From assembly GCA_030167865.1 (NCBI GenBank), contig JALAGF010004754.1:1-64000 (forward strand): a DNA stretch of 64,000 nucleotides. Reading direction: 5' to 3'. A program made the position numbers and the translations under genes. The DNA comes from Craspedostauros australis (lineage: Eukaryota). Positions 1 to 12,258 of the stretch are shown here, piece by piece (positions within the stretch are counted from its first letter, which is position 1; every line of letters begins with the position of its first letter). The notes beneath the pieces were generated by a model. That model was given only the letters and a program-made list of their open reading frames with translations. It was not told the origin of the DNA and did not search any database.

Positions 1-556
1 ATTTCGACAAAATATGCAGCTGCACAAGACAGTATTGAAGGCAGTTGCCATAGCTGTCTATTGATCAGGGCTTCTTCCAGCCTTTCCAAATCAGGTAATA
101 GAGAAAGAGACAGACTAAGTGATTAGAGCAGAGCAGAGAAATTGATTGTATGTGTGTGAACAAAGTGTTGTACAGAAAACCCGTGTTGCCTGTCATTGGA
201 ACGATTTTGGGTTTGCACAGTTGTCAATTCGAATGAATCCCATTGGGTCTTCGTTCTAAGACCAAAGGGAAAATATATATTACCATAGCTCCCAGTTTTN
301 NNNNNNNNNNNNNNNNNNNNNNNNNNNNNNNNNNNNNNNNNNNNNNNNNNNNNNNNNNNNNNNNNNNNNNCTCCGCCAGATTTCGGAATCGTCCTGTGAG
401 AACTCTCAATTCCTACTTCCGACGAAGAACAAGGAATCACCAACATGTCACGATCATGGACTGGATGGACTCGTTTTTAACCAATCATAGCGCGCGACGT
501 GGACAATGCGAATCGAAAGCAGCCTTCGACAGATGTCAACATCGCAAGTGTCGCGC

Positions 557-905
557 TGTTAAAATAGCGCGCTGCGGAATCGAACCACGGAGCCAGTCCA
601 CGCCCTGCATGAACACAAGAAATTAACGCTTATAACCCATNNNNNNNNNNNNNNNNNNNNNNNNNNNNNNNNNNNNNNNNNNNNNNNNNNNNNNNNNNNN
701 NNNNNNNNNNNNNNNNNNNNNNNNNNNNNNNNNNNNNNNNNNNNNNNNNNNNNNNNNNNNNNNNNNNNNNNNGCAGGGGTGGGTACCAGCCGACGGAATC
801 GAACCTTAGGCCACGCTACCATGTTAAAATAGCGCGCTGCGGAATCGAACCACGGAGCCAGTCCACGCCCTGCATGAACACAAGAAATTAACGCTTATAA
901 CCCAT
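557..905. repeat. 84-bp direct repeat (557-640 and 822-905) flanking an N gap, with Pol III B-box-like motifs
   Basis: TGTTAAAATAGCGCGCTGCGGAATCGAACCACGG...TATAACCCAT is identical at an offset of 265 bp. GGTTCGATTCC lies on the minus strand in both copies and again at about 795-805. Confidence 0.85.
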
Positions 906-1125
906 GTCGCGACATCGCGCATGCGCGGAGCGCAAAAAATTCTTGTGCGGTGAAACGTTGCCCAGGCAGAGTGACGAGTTTGAGTGTGCGAGATGCGTGT
1001 TGCCCCCAACGATGAATTCAGTAGTGGATGCCGGTTGTGCTTTCAATCACTTCCATGGAACGATNNNNNNNNATGACAATTGGCAGTTGCAACACAGATT
1101 CTTCAGGAGCTGCTTTTGTGGTTAG

Positions 1126-1225
1126 ATTGTTGTTGCCGTTATTGTCGTTATTGTCGTTGTTGCCATTGTTGTTGTCATTGTTGTTGTCATTGCTGTTGTC
1201 ATTGTTGTTGTTGTTGTTGTTGTTA
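1126..1225. repeat. Degenerate (GTT)n / (GTTGTCATT)n microsatellite
   Basis: Directly visible trinucleotide runs. Confidence 0.85.
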
Positions 1226-1257
1226 GCATCATAGCTCGTCGTGTGTTGGTGTGATAG

Positions 1258-1989
1258 AGGTTGGCGCACTTGAGGAGATTGCACCCGACACAACAGGACG
1301 ACGAGCTGGGCTCTCTCCCACCAAGATCCAAATCGCCGCTAGTATTCGCTGCCAAATATAAGGTCTGCCCCTCTTTCGAAAAGATGTTGTGCGTCACCGA
1401 GAAGAAATGATTGGTCGCTGAAAATTCAAACAGGTTGGTGGAGAACACCGCTCGCCAACACATGATCTGAAATCAGAAATTTGGAATCAATATTTGATGA
1501 CGTCAGGCCTTTGTTCTCGTCCAAAACGTGAAATACGTTGAGAACAAGAAAATCACACTTGTTTGGAAACAGGAAAGCACACGAAACTGNGTTCGATTCG
1601 GAAGAATCAAGTGATTGACACCGAAACTCGAAGCCAAGCGCAAAGCAGATGAACAACGGCCAGAAGCCAACGATGGCCAAGGACAGGAGCAGAACAGAGA
1701 ACAAAGCTGTGTGAAAGTCAAGCTGGGCATCAAGATCTGGATTACCCACCAATCCACAACTCTGGATTGTGATGCCTGATCCACAACCCAGATGAAGCAA
1801 CAGCCTCATCATGCCTACCACCACTGCGCAATCCTCGACATGTTTTCGCACTCAAGCACCTCACTCACGCAAAATGTGAGTGTGTCAATGATGGGCACGA
1901 CTGGACATCAACCTGAAGCACGACTGGCGAGTCCGAACCCCATTTGCCCCTTGACGTCCGCATGCGCAACGTTTTTAGTTGTAGATTAG
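1258..1989 (+). pseudogene. Possible decayed reading frame (TE or gene remnant)
   Basis: Frame +1 runs about 240 codons interrupted only by TGA stops (1408, 1468, 1495, 1498, 1612, 1777), with no TAA or TAG until 1987. No family recognised. Confidence 0.25.
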
Positions 1990-2431
1990 TGCGAAAAATA
2001 TAAACTTTTTAACTATAAGGCCCAGGAGTCTATTAATCCACACATATACTATATACAACATAATAGGATGATCTAAGTGCATATCTTAAAAATCCGCAAA
2101 AACGTACGTTTCTATCCTGAATGGGGTCTTACATCACATCACATCACATCACATCACATCACCACATCAGGCTAGAGTACATCACTTCGCAGCCTGCGAG
2201 TACCGCACCAGTACCAATTCCTGTATCGACTCTTAGCAAGGCCCATTCCACAGGTGAACACCCCCTGACTACCGCAGGTCGCAGGTCACCGTCACTCAAT
2301 CGCTGAGTCGCTGCGTCTTTCAATCCATCCGCTCCTTCATCCATCCACGCATCGGTCCATCGGTTCATCGGTTCATCTTGTCTCTCGGTGAATCAGCCAA
2401 TCAACGACACCAGATCCCTACATCCTGCCAA

Positions 2432-4103
2432 CATGGGTCTTCAAATGATGATCGTGCAGACATGGGAGGAGATGAATCAGTGGATGGATGTGCATCAGTG
2501 TTGGCGTGTGAACGATGACGGTGATGACGACGATGAGCATGGCCACGAGCTCGCCAACATCCGTACCAACAGCTTGAGGGTCGAAGACCAGCTGTCCCGA
2601 ATGCAGCTCAAAGCCTGGGCACCATCCGAGCTTCTGGACAAGTGCTGTGTGAAGTGGATTCTTCATGGACAGCAAAGACTGCATCCCCAATCGGGGCATC
2701 TGCATTCATCGCACGATCATCATGGTCGGCGGCGGCGACTTCGTCTATTTCATCGTCATCGTCGCGGCCATGGTGATGATCCTCACAATCAACGAGCTGG
2801 CGCTGCTCGCCATGAAAGTGCTGCCGGTTGCCACGCAGGGAATCATCAACCCTGCAACGGATATTGTCGCCGCAGCCACCCCACGATCACGCTGTACTTC
2901 GAGCCACCATCGAGCACGATAGCGATCATCTCCCATCCACTCGGACCATTCGTCGAATACTTCCGCCAAAAGGCCAGCAGCGATGACTCCATCATTCAGA
3001 TATCGCCCATGTATTGCATCCTCGACGGCTTCGTTCGCGAGCACGCGACCACGCTGCGTGCTGACTTCGCGCCGCACTTGGTGTCGATTGCACAGAATGC
3101 CTTGGAGGCATCGGATGCTGCTCACAAGGAGTACGTGCGACAGACCTCGGTGCATCTCCAGCGTGCGCAACGACGCTTCGATCAGCTCGAGGTTGTACTT
3201 GACATTTGCAGGCAGCACCGCCTTGGCGATGATCTCGACGTCTTTTCCATCCACTGTCTACGCCAAGCCAATCGAAGCATGGGCCGCATCGCCGCATTGA
3301 TGATGGAGCAGAAGATGCAAGCGGCGCAGATCGTCATCACGCCATTCGTGGATGGATTCGAGGTCGATGGATACTCCGTGTTCGGTCGTCACGGTGACGG
3401 TGATACAGTGGTTCGAATGGAGCATGGAAACAGCGTTGAGTATTCCAAACGTAGTCCCATTGTGTGCCAACCAAAGATGATGCATTCAGCTATCGACGAT
3501 GGTGGACAAGTTGATATCTGCAGCAATGACAACAAAGAATCAAGCAACGCACATCCGAATGCCATCGATGGTGTGTCTCTGATGAGCATCGCCGAACAAA
3601 AGTTGATCGAGAAGTCCACCCGGATGCATTCATACAGAGCTAGCGCAACCGGTGACGATGGCCTGTTTGGCTGGCATTGCGAAGAGCTTTCCTTTGCCAC
3701 GTTGGAGAGAGAGTGGGGAGACATCATGGTCCATGAATACGTTGGTCAGAGGGTGATGATCGGATTCCGCTTCGGCACTGGACAGGTCATTCCACTGGCA
3801 TCCTACTACCTGCCGCCGACAATCCCCGCTGGTTTCCACTGCGTGAACAAACCGTCGTTGAGATTGCGTTGTCACGTGACGCAGAACCAGGTGAGCCAGG
3901 TGGACGAGGTGACCATGTCATATCGCGGAAGCGTCGAGGATATTCGCGTGGATGTTGGATTCTTGGGTCTCGTGCGTGCGCAGGCACGGTGGCTGGTCGA
4001 CGAGGTGGAGGAACGGCAGCGGGTGATTCAGCAACGCCGTCCGCTGCTGGATTTCGAGAAGGAGTATCTGACGGAGGTAAGGCGGATGGCATCCGCGGGA
4101 TGA
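2432..4103 (+). CDS. Hypothetical protein; 5' structure uncertain, possible frameshift at 2879-2882
   Basis: 571-codon ORF with C/G-ending codon bias from about 2883 onward. Between 2722 and 2880 the overlapping frame +1 looks more like coding sequence and encodes a TM helix. Confidence 0.6.
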
Positions 4104-4580
4104 TGCGAAGTAATGACCACAACGCAGTTGTGGAGAGTTGGACGGATGTATGGTGTGGAGACTATCCCGATTCTGTGCAGTAGCAGCTATTGTACGATCA
4201 AGGTGGAAAGCAGAGTGGCGTTGCAACGCTGTTCCTGCCGCGATCGTTGACACCATGCGTCGCCATGACAGATCATCGCTGAGGGATCTATATGTGAGTA
4301 ATGCTGCGGTACTATCCATAATTTTGTGTATTAGAGTACGAGTACGATGTTATTAACAATAGGTTGGAGTGTCGGATAAGCCTGATGCTGCGGAGTTGCT
4401 CCGACAATCAGTAGTCGTAGGTTCCGATGCAATCTCATCCAGTCGAGTGGAGTACCATACTTTGATCGCGTTTAATCCTCCTTTGGCTCTCCACTCGTAC
4501 CGTTCCAACCGGCATCCACCCTTCGTTTCATGATCCTTGGCACACTCATTCACTCGGTTGTCCTGCGTTCGATCGATTGT

Positions 4581-6026
4581 TCACAAAATGACGCAGGCAT
4601 CCTCAGTGGAGGGCGATTGGGTATTGCCGTCCGTGTCCATGCTCAGTTTGGCAATCCCCATACGAGCCGCCTTGACTTTGTCCTGCGCCAGCTGCATCGC
4701 TTCGTTCTCCCAGCTCACGGGATAGTCGCAGGCGAGGATACGGGAGGATTGGTCTTTGCGCAGCCTCCAGTACGACTGCTTCTGGCAGGATGCATTTTGG
4801 CATTCCCACGTCTTCGTTCCAAATTCATCCAACGACGGCTGGTGCCTGTACATGGGATACGCGATGGTCTGGATGCTGTGGCATTCCTTGCATTCGTACT
4901 CGAGCGCTGTCTTCTTGGTAAGAAAGCAGGCATCGCAGGTCGGCGGGTTCTTCTCGATGATGACGTCCTTGTCCATCTGGCAAAGCTCGCACCTGCCTGA
5001 GACGTCCAAGCAGGACAGCACAAGTTCCGTGTTGGGCGCATGCAGGGTGGTGACGGCGATCCACTTTGCGCAGTTGAGACACCGACCCAGCCTGGATGAA
5101 CCATCGGACGAGGCGGTTGTGAGGACCAGGACACAGGCCGTGCAGATCTGGAAGGGCGCATCTTCGCAACATGGGTAGCTGGCGATCGCGATCTTCCGTG
5201 GCGATCTGGATCCCGGCAGCTGCTGGCCCGCTTCATCCAGACAGATCATGCACTGTCGGTTGGCGCCTGGTTCACCAAAGTCATCCACCAGCGAGACGTC
5301 GTAGGCCAGGCCAACATCGTTCTCGGCGTCGACCAGGCTCTTTTGCCTCGGTTCGGACGGCACGACGCGGTCACCGGCCATCTCCGCGGACATGGTGGTG
5401 TCGGACGGCGTGACACCGCAGCCCGCCGTATCCGTGATGAGTATTTCGTCGGTCCCGCACAAGGCATCAAGGTCTATGACGAGATCGGGCAGCTGCGTCC
5501 CGAGCTTGGCCAAGGCCGACGCGTTCGTTATTTGCTGACGGACCATGGTGGCCTCGGCCTCGCTGAGACCGTGGGCAGCCGCGATCTGCCGTCTCTTGAT
5601 GGAGTCCTGCACCATGGCATCCTCGAACTGGTGCTGCATGCTGATGCCCTCGACGCATCCCACGCAGGAATCGATGGTCTCGAGCATCTCGTCGCAGTCG
5701 GGGCTGCCTGGTGCTGGACATTGCGAGAGCGCCGTGCTGTTTCTGGACTTGGAGGCAGGATCGGTATGGTTGTCTCCCACCAGCTGGTACATCATCATCG
5801 TTGTCGTTGATGCTGTCGTTGATGCTGTCTTTGTTGTTGTCTTTGTCGTCGGTTGGTTGCTTTGAGAAGGTGTTGTCGTTGTCGTCTCTGCTGCTATGGC
5901 TGCGGTTGCCATGGTAGGTGCCATTGCTGCTGATGCCTCGCCAGATTTTGAAGGCGATCGATTCGATGTCGAATCCTGTTCGCCGTTCTGGACAGCGGTT
6001 GTTGAGGTCTTCGCAGTCATTGCCAT
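4581..6026 (-). CDS. Cys-rich RING-like/zinc-ribbon protein with C-terminal CaaX (CVIL)
   Basis: 481-aa ORF with a T/A-rich disordered N-terminus. Cys pattern CMIC...CC...CTAC...CLNC, then CELC/CDAC/CKEC/CQNASC. Ends DACVIL*. Confidence 0.8.
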   Translation of the reverse strand: MAMTAKTSTTAVQNGEQDSTSNRSPSKSGEASAAMAPTMATAAIAAETTTTTPSQSNQPTTKTTTKTASTTASTTTMMMYQLVGDNHTDPASKSRNSTALSQCPAPGSPDCDEMLETIDSCVGCVEGISMQHQFEDAMVQDSIKRRQIAAAHGLSEAEATMVRQQITNASALAKLGTQLPDLVIDLDALCGTDEILITDTAGCGVTPSDTTMSAEMAGDRVVPSEPRQKSLVDAENDVGLAYDVSLVDDFGEPGANRQCMICLDEAGQQLPGSRSPRKIAIASYPCCEDAPFQICTACVLVLTTASSDGSSRLGRCLNCAKWIAVTTLHAPNTELVLSCLDVSGRCELCQMDKDVIIEKNPPTCDACFLTKKTALEYECKECHSIQTIAYPMYRHQPSLDEFGTKTWECQNASCQKQSYWRLRKDQSSRILACDYPVSWENEAMQLAQDKVKAARMGIAKLSMDTDGNTQSPSTEDACVIL

Positions 6027-7550
6027 TGAAGCAGATGTTCTGTCAAGAGATTCTGATGTTTGCGCTCTGGTTGATGCGAATCGAGCGAAATACTTCTTCG
6101 AGGAGTGGAGATCGTACTTATTCCCACCAATGCTGTTGCTGTTGCTGTTGATGTTGATGCTGATGCTGGTGGTGTCAAGCGAGAGAGAAAGATACTGCCA
6201 ATGTCAAATGTTGATGGTGATGGCGATGTCAACAGGGTGGGTTTCTCATCAGTGGCTTCGCCGTTCGCTGCGATGCTCTCACACGATCTGCTGCTCGTGT
6301 AGTTTTGAATCTGGGACGACTTGCCACTATGGCTTTTGCAATGCCCAAGGAGCACCGTTGTTGCTGCACCTTGTTGCTCCTCCTCCCTTGTGGTCGTTGC
6401 CCAAGTTCTGTCCGCATTTGCCAGTGTACGACTATTCACCACGTAGAATGCGGCCGCAGATACCAGCATCCCCATCTTTCTCTTCTCTTGGGGGTCTCGC
6501 CGCGCAGAAAACGAGAGCTGCGCATGGATTCTCATGTGGAAGACGAAGGGATGACCAATGATGTTCGTTGCAAATCAACGCAGAAATGCGTCTTGTTTCA
6601 CGTTTTCTCTTTGCGCACTTCGCGCTGGCACATCCAATAAACGTTATTTGACGTTGTATGGTACATCTCAACGGACGTCAAACATGTGGGATCCTCAACA
6701 AAAGCACCAAGCACGAATCATCACTCAAAGCGGCCATGTTAACGTCTGGACTAACGGTTGGCATTGCGCTTTCTTGAATGAAGGGCTATGTCAGTTCCAT
6801 CCAACAAATGAGTTGGGAAATCTTGGCGGAACCAACAACAACAACAACAACAACAACAACGGAGACCGCTCCGGGCAATGCGCAACACGGAAATGGGCAA
6901 ACACACCAACAAGGCCGACAACAACAGCGATTCTCGCTGCGGCACGAACACGGATACGACCAAGAAACCAAAGACGACGTCGCGCACGGTCGCGCCATCG
7001 GCCACAGCGCGCAAAGCACAAGAGGCACAAAGTACAAGGCTCCAGGCACACAGCTACTCTGAAGCAAAGGGACGACACTGTCCTCTCGAGCCATTGCAAT
7101 CGTCTTCCCTTTCGCCCCTTCCTCGCAAGGACTCGTAACACGAGAGGCCGAATCAAGAGAGCAAGCAGAGCGCGCGAACACGGATACGACTTCCAACACA
7201 CAGCCACTCCGCTCCACGTGATTCACACAAAAGAGACGCGATCGTGGATTGGTGGTCGTGCTAAGATCTGCGCGGCTCAACCCAACTCGATTCTGGTGGA
7301 CAAGTCCTCACAAACCAGATTCGCATTCAATCAAGCACTCGGATCCGCCCACCAGCTGGTTGCTTCGTTGGTCCATTGATTCATTGAACGGCTCTAGATC
7401 ATCTCCGTCATTGCCTCCTGGTAACCGCAGCTTCGTTATTCTCGACGAATCGTCCGGGATAGTCCACGTTCCGAGTTCTTGCTTGCAGAGAAGCAATAGT
7501 ATCAGCAGCAACATCAGCAGCAACAGTATCAGCAGAAGCATAACCGTACC

Positions 7551-10500
7551 ATGGTGCTCGTGACCCCATCCCCAGACGGCGGGGAAGTGACGCCCGACGG
7601 TACGAAGAAGAAGAAGCTCACATCTCTCGAGAAGACCGACGGTCGCCGGTTGGTGGAATACCTCGTCGTGGTCTCATCCATCGCCAACGAGACGACGGGC
7701 GACGATGCCTCACCCAAGAACGATGGCGGAGAATGGAACCTCTCCACAAGCTTCGACGATGAGGACATCATCGTGGAGCACGATTTCAAGCCAAAGATCA
7801 CGGCCCGCTACCCGGTCACCGACCATGATGACAACCCTCTGCATGAGAACGTCACTTTCTTCTGCCATCCGTCGGGATCCGTTCAGCTCAAGAAGGAAAA
7901 TCACATGCCGAAGGTACGAACGCATGACAATCAAGCACGACAATCAACGGTCCTCTTCTTCTTTTCTTCTTCTTTCTGCATACACCTTCATTCATTTTGT
8001 AGCATGTGCCATCTTCATGTGATATGTTGTGTCGTGTACATACCATCCATTCCCATTCACTCCGATGTCCACTCACTCATTAATCATCAATTGTGCTCAT
8101 TCATTCAATCCATCACATCCAATACATCACGCGATGTTTCATCCCCACCAAACCAAACTAATCCAAATCCCCCACATACGCACCCCCACGCGCACACGCA
8201 TTCAAACCGCAGATCCATTACTTTGTGGCGACAGGAGGGACCGGTCGTCGCATGTACGGAACATGCCTCACGCTGTGGGAACCCTACAAGGTGCAGGGAA
8301 AGAAGAAGGGAGACGAGGTGGAGGCCGAGCATGACGTCTTCCTGCCCAAATGCGTCGTCCTCCTCTCCATCTACCCTTACCTTGCTGCCTTCCGCGAGTA
8401 CCTAACGCAGCTCAATCGCATGTCCAAGATGGGCGAAATGACGCTGCCCATGGAACGCTACATCACCAACTTCTGCTCAGAGATTCCAGCACCGCCGCCA
8501 GGTTCCTTCGAGGTTCAGTGCACCATTCTGGATTCCATCATCAAGATCTGGTCGCCACCGCACAACCAGCCGATCCCATGGGTCAGCCTGCCCTTCAGCC
8601 ACCTCTTCGAATGCCTCGATGTCGACAACATCGTCCTCGTCTGGCATTGCCTCGTGCTCGAAAGGCAGGTGCTCCTCACCTCCACCCAGCTTTCAGTCCT
8701 CACCACGTGCTCAGAAATCTTTCTCTCCATGCTCTTCCCCATGAGATGGAGCCACGCCTACATCCCGCTGGTGCCGAACTTCCTCATCCCCATCCTCTCC
8801 GCCCCCATGCCCTTCCTCTGCGGAATCAACAAGGCCAACCTCGCGGAGGCGCTCTACGACCTCAGCAGGGAGTGCGTCGTCGTCGATCTGGACAAGAATC
8901 TCGTCACTCTGGGACCAGACACAGCTCCTCTGCCACCGCTACCACCGCACCAGGAGGCCTGCCTCAGGTCGCAGCTCAACGACAACGTCGGGATGATCTT
9001 TCGCGAAGCCCGATCGCTCACCAAGAACGATGACTACTCCGACAGCGGCACGAGGTTGCCGACGCACATCAAGCAGATGGCGGAGGCCATGTGGGAGGCA
9101 CGTCTCTCACTCTTCGACGAGGCATTCCATCTCATGTTCACGCCCGAGGAGGCACGCAAGAATCTCCTCAACGGCAACGACAAATCCGGCATGGACTTTG
9201 GCGATCGTGATATCAACGACCCGCTCCGCGTCATGGGACAGCGTGAGAAGCAGTCCTTGCGGAAGCAATCGGAATGGGACGCGGTCCAGGAGGCCTTCCT
9301 GGACACCTTCGTCTACCTCCTGCGCAACTACAGAAAGCACCTCGTCTTCCCGTCCAAGCACAACGAAGGATCGTACGGTGGCGCGGGATTCCATTCCAAG
9401 GAGTTCATCGAATCGCAACGTTACGACATGCGAGAATTCTTGGAGCAATTCATCGGGACCCAGATGTTCGACAACTTCATCACGAAGCGCCTTTACGGCA
9501 GCGGCGAATCGGACGTTGCCTTCTTCGACATGGCGGTCGACAGATTCCTCAAGAATGCCGGCATCCTTTCCAACGTCGACATCGGCGGCCGGTTGTGGCA
9601 AGCCAGCGGAATCAAAGTAGATGTCATGCGCGGTGGAAATGTGGCGCAGAAGAAGCCACCGACCGTTTCTGTCACACCCAAGTCGGAGCCCCTGCTGCAA
9701 AGTGCCCGCGTGCATCGCAAACTGAAGACGATCGTCCCACCAGAGCCAAGCATGGAGAATCTCCCACCGATCGATGAGATGGACGGCGTCAGCACTGTCC
9801 AGGAGAAGGACACTGTGCCCGACGACGTCAGCGTGGGATCTGCAAGCACATCGTCCAGAAGCCAAGTCAACAACGCCTACCGCAGCGTCCAGGACAAGGC
9901 TGCCGAGATCTTGGGCAAGTCGCGACTCCGCTTCGTCTACGACAACTTCCCGTCCGAATTCAAGGACGATCTGTTCGGGGTCCCTCGTCCGTTGTCTTCC
10001 GCTGTCATTGCCGAGTTCGACCGGCAGAAGAAAGATGCCGCCCAGTTCCGCCGGAAGAAGCCAGCTCGTCAGCCGAACGACAAGAGGAAGCACATTCAAC
10101 GAGCGCATGCTGCGCTGGACCCGGTACGTCGCGTTGTGTTGTGTTGTGTTTTGTTTTGTTGTGTTGCATTGCTTTCATGTGTTAGTTGTACTCGTACTTA
10201 TGCTTTGACTTGCACTTATACTTGCACATGTTTGTAGAGTATTGAGAATGTGCGTGTCCTCTTGTTCCATCAATCAAATATGCAAATTCTCGTCGATGCT
10301 CACATTATGATTGCCGTACTACTCGATCATGTGTGTACTCGACACTGGTTTGTATTCCTCTCTCATTCCACACCCTTTGACTAAATCAATCGCAAAACCA
10401 CGGATCACCGAAATGCATGACTATGCGTACTTTCGTCATTTTTGAACTCGCAACTGTACTCGCAGGAAACACCACCCTCGCCAGAAGTCGCCACCTTCAC

Positions 10501-12258
10501 CGTCTTTTACATGGCATTCGCAGCCATGGTCGGAAAGGAGCTGCTGGAGATCAATTACAATCCAAGCGAGCCCGGAAAGACAATTCTGGCAACATACGTT
10601 CCATCATCTGTGGATGATTTGGAAAGTGAAGCAGCAAGCGACAGCGTCGCCACCGGCGAAGATGGAGAACAGGAAGAGGAATTTCAGGATGCCTTAGATG
10701 AGCAGGAGCAGAGTGGTGTTGCCGAGATGAAGACAATCCGACCTGCCATGGGTGGCATGCTGGAGGATGCATCAGAGTCTGAGAAGGATGGAGATGACAC
10801 AGCTGCTGCCTCAGCGGACGCCCCAAGCAAGACAGACGAAACTGAGGCTACGGAAGCCACTGCTGCTACAAGCCAGGAGAAGTCGGCAGAGGGCAACGGC
10901 GCAAGTGAGAGCAGCAGTTCGGAAAAATTCAAAACACCGCAGAAGCCAAAATTGACGCCGATCTCTGCCGAATCAGAGCAGCGCAACCGCTTCCGCGACT
11001 CGCTCTCTGCCCTCGAGATTGAGGAGGCCAAGGCCACAGGAAGAGCGCAGCTCGGTCTGGCGTTCGAGATGCTCACGATGATGAAGAAGCGCGCGCTGAA
11101 GGCCGACCCCGAAGCCTACCAGTGCCTGATTGATGCATGCGGACGCGTCGGTGACACCAACCGCGCCACGGAACTGCTTGCGAAGATGCACGAGGATGGC
11201 ATCGTGGCAGACGGGACAGTGTACGCCTGTCTCGTATCGGCATTCTCAGCGGAAACCGCGTGGAAGAAGGGTACCAAGGAGGAAGACTTGCCAGGTACGT
11301 TGTTTATGCACTCGCCAGTGGTAATGCATGATATTGCATGGCATTGCAACGGGGATAGGATTGAGTTGGATTCGCTCGGATGGGATATTGCGAATCAACA
11401 ATGAATGCACTCGAACTCACACTGACTCATTCATTCATTCATTCACTCGTCCACCCACCCACCCAATCTTCGCTCCATTTCGTCTATACTTGTTGATTAA
11501 CAACTCGTCGTTTGTTGTGCGCAGAGTGGGCAAATAGTACTGCGGTGGAGATGGACTGGAACAAGCTGCAAAAGCGATCCTTCCTGGCTCGTCTCCGCAG
11601 CATGGGCGAAGGCGAAAGTGACGATGATGGCGAGGAGGTCTCTGGCAGTCTCGGATCGTCCACCTATCAGCGATTCAGAAGCCTGCTGTCCCGTGGACAG
11701 GAGAAGACGCGTGTGTTGCCAAAGGTGGAGGAAAGTCCGTTGGAGTTCTTCGTCACGGAGGGAGTCGAACGACAGATCGAACTGGGTGAGAATCTGCTCG
11801 AAATCGTCTTCCCAGACATCTCCGTCGACACCGACAATGAAACATGCCCTCGGTGCAACTTCCTGCTCTCGGACGATGACGTGGTGGACGGGTGGAAGCC
11901 AGGTGACAGCAACGAATACACGACATCGTGCCCGAACTGCACCCAGAATTTCGTCCCGCACTTCTGCGTCCAGAGCTCATCTCCGACCTTCATCGGTTCC
12001 AAGGGTCCATCGTCGCCGCTCATGTGCGAGCGCCTGTCGCCATGGGTCCTCCAGAAGGAGATCCGCTCCGTGATGAGCGACAGAGGCGGGATCGAGAACC
12101 TGCTCAGCCCAACTTGGCGCGAGGAGGAGTACAAGAACTCCGTCCTCTGGTGGAACTTCGTGCTCTCCTGCATGCGATACAGGTTGCCATTCTCGTTCAT
12201 CCTTCAGGGTAGCTTCGAGCAAAATCTCATCGCCCCCATGCCGCAAGATGACAGTTAA
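7551..12258 (+). CDS. DENN-domain Rab GEF with PPR motif (DENND4/Crag-like); exons 7551-7913, 8213-10123, 10466-11294, 11525-12258 (about 1278 aa)
   Basis: uDENN (LVEYLVVV, ARYP, FFCHPSG), DENN (YGTCLT, LERQVLL, AYIPLVP, APMPFLCG, VVVDLD) and dDENN (FIGTQMFDNFI) motifs. PPR-like EAYQCLIDACGRVG. C-terminal CPRC/CPNC and LSPWVLQKE. All three introns are GT-AG with consistent phases (0,0,1). Confidence 0.9.

Noticed and set aside
557-905. tRNA gene or CRISPR array
   Set aside because: No cloverleaf. Only two long copies, no spacer structure, no cas genes, and a eukaryotic context.
6558-7379. 273-aa ORF
   Set aside because: Low-complexity, microsatellite-driven open frame in a divergent promoter/5' UTR with no codon bias
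9107-10108. Long antisense ORFs (also 14963-15919, 31494-32462, 56311-57486)
   Set aside because: Shadow frames produced by codon bias and TA depletion in the real genes
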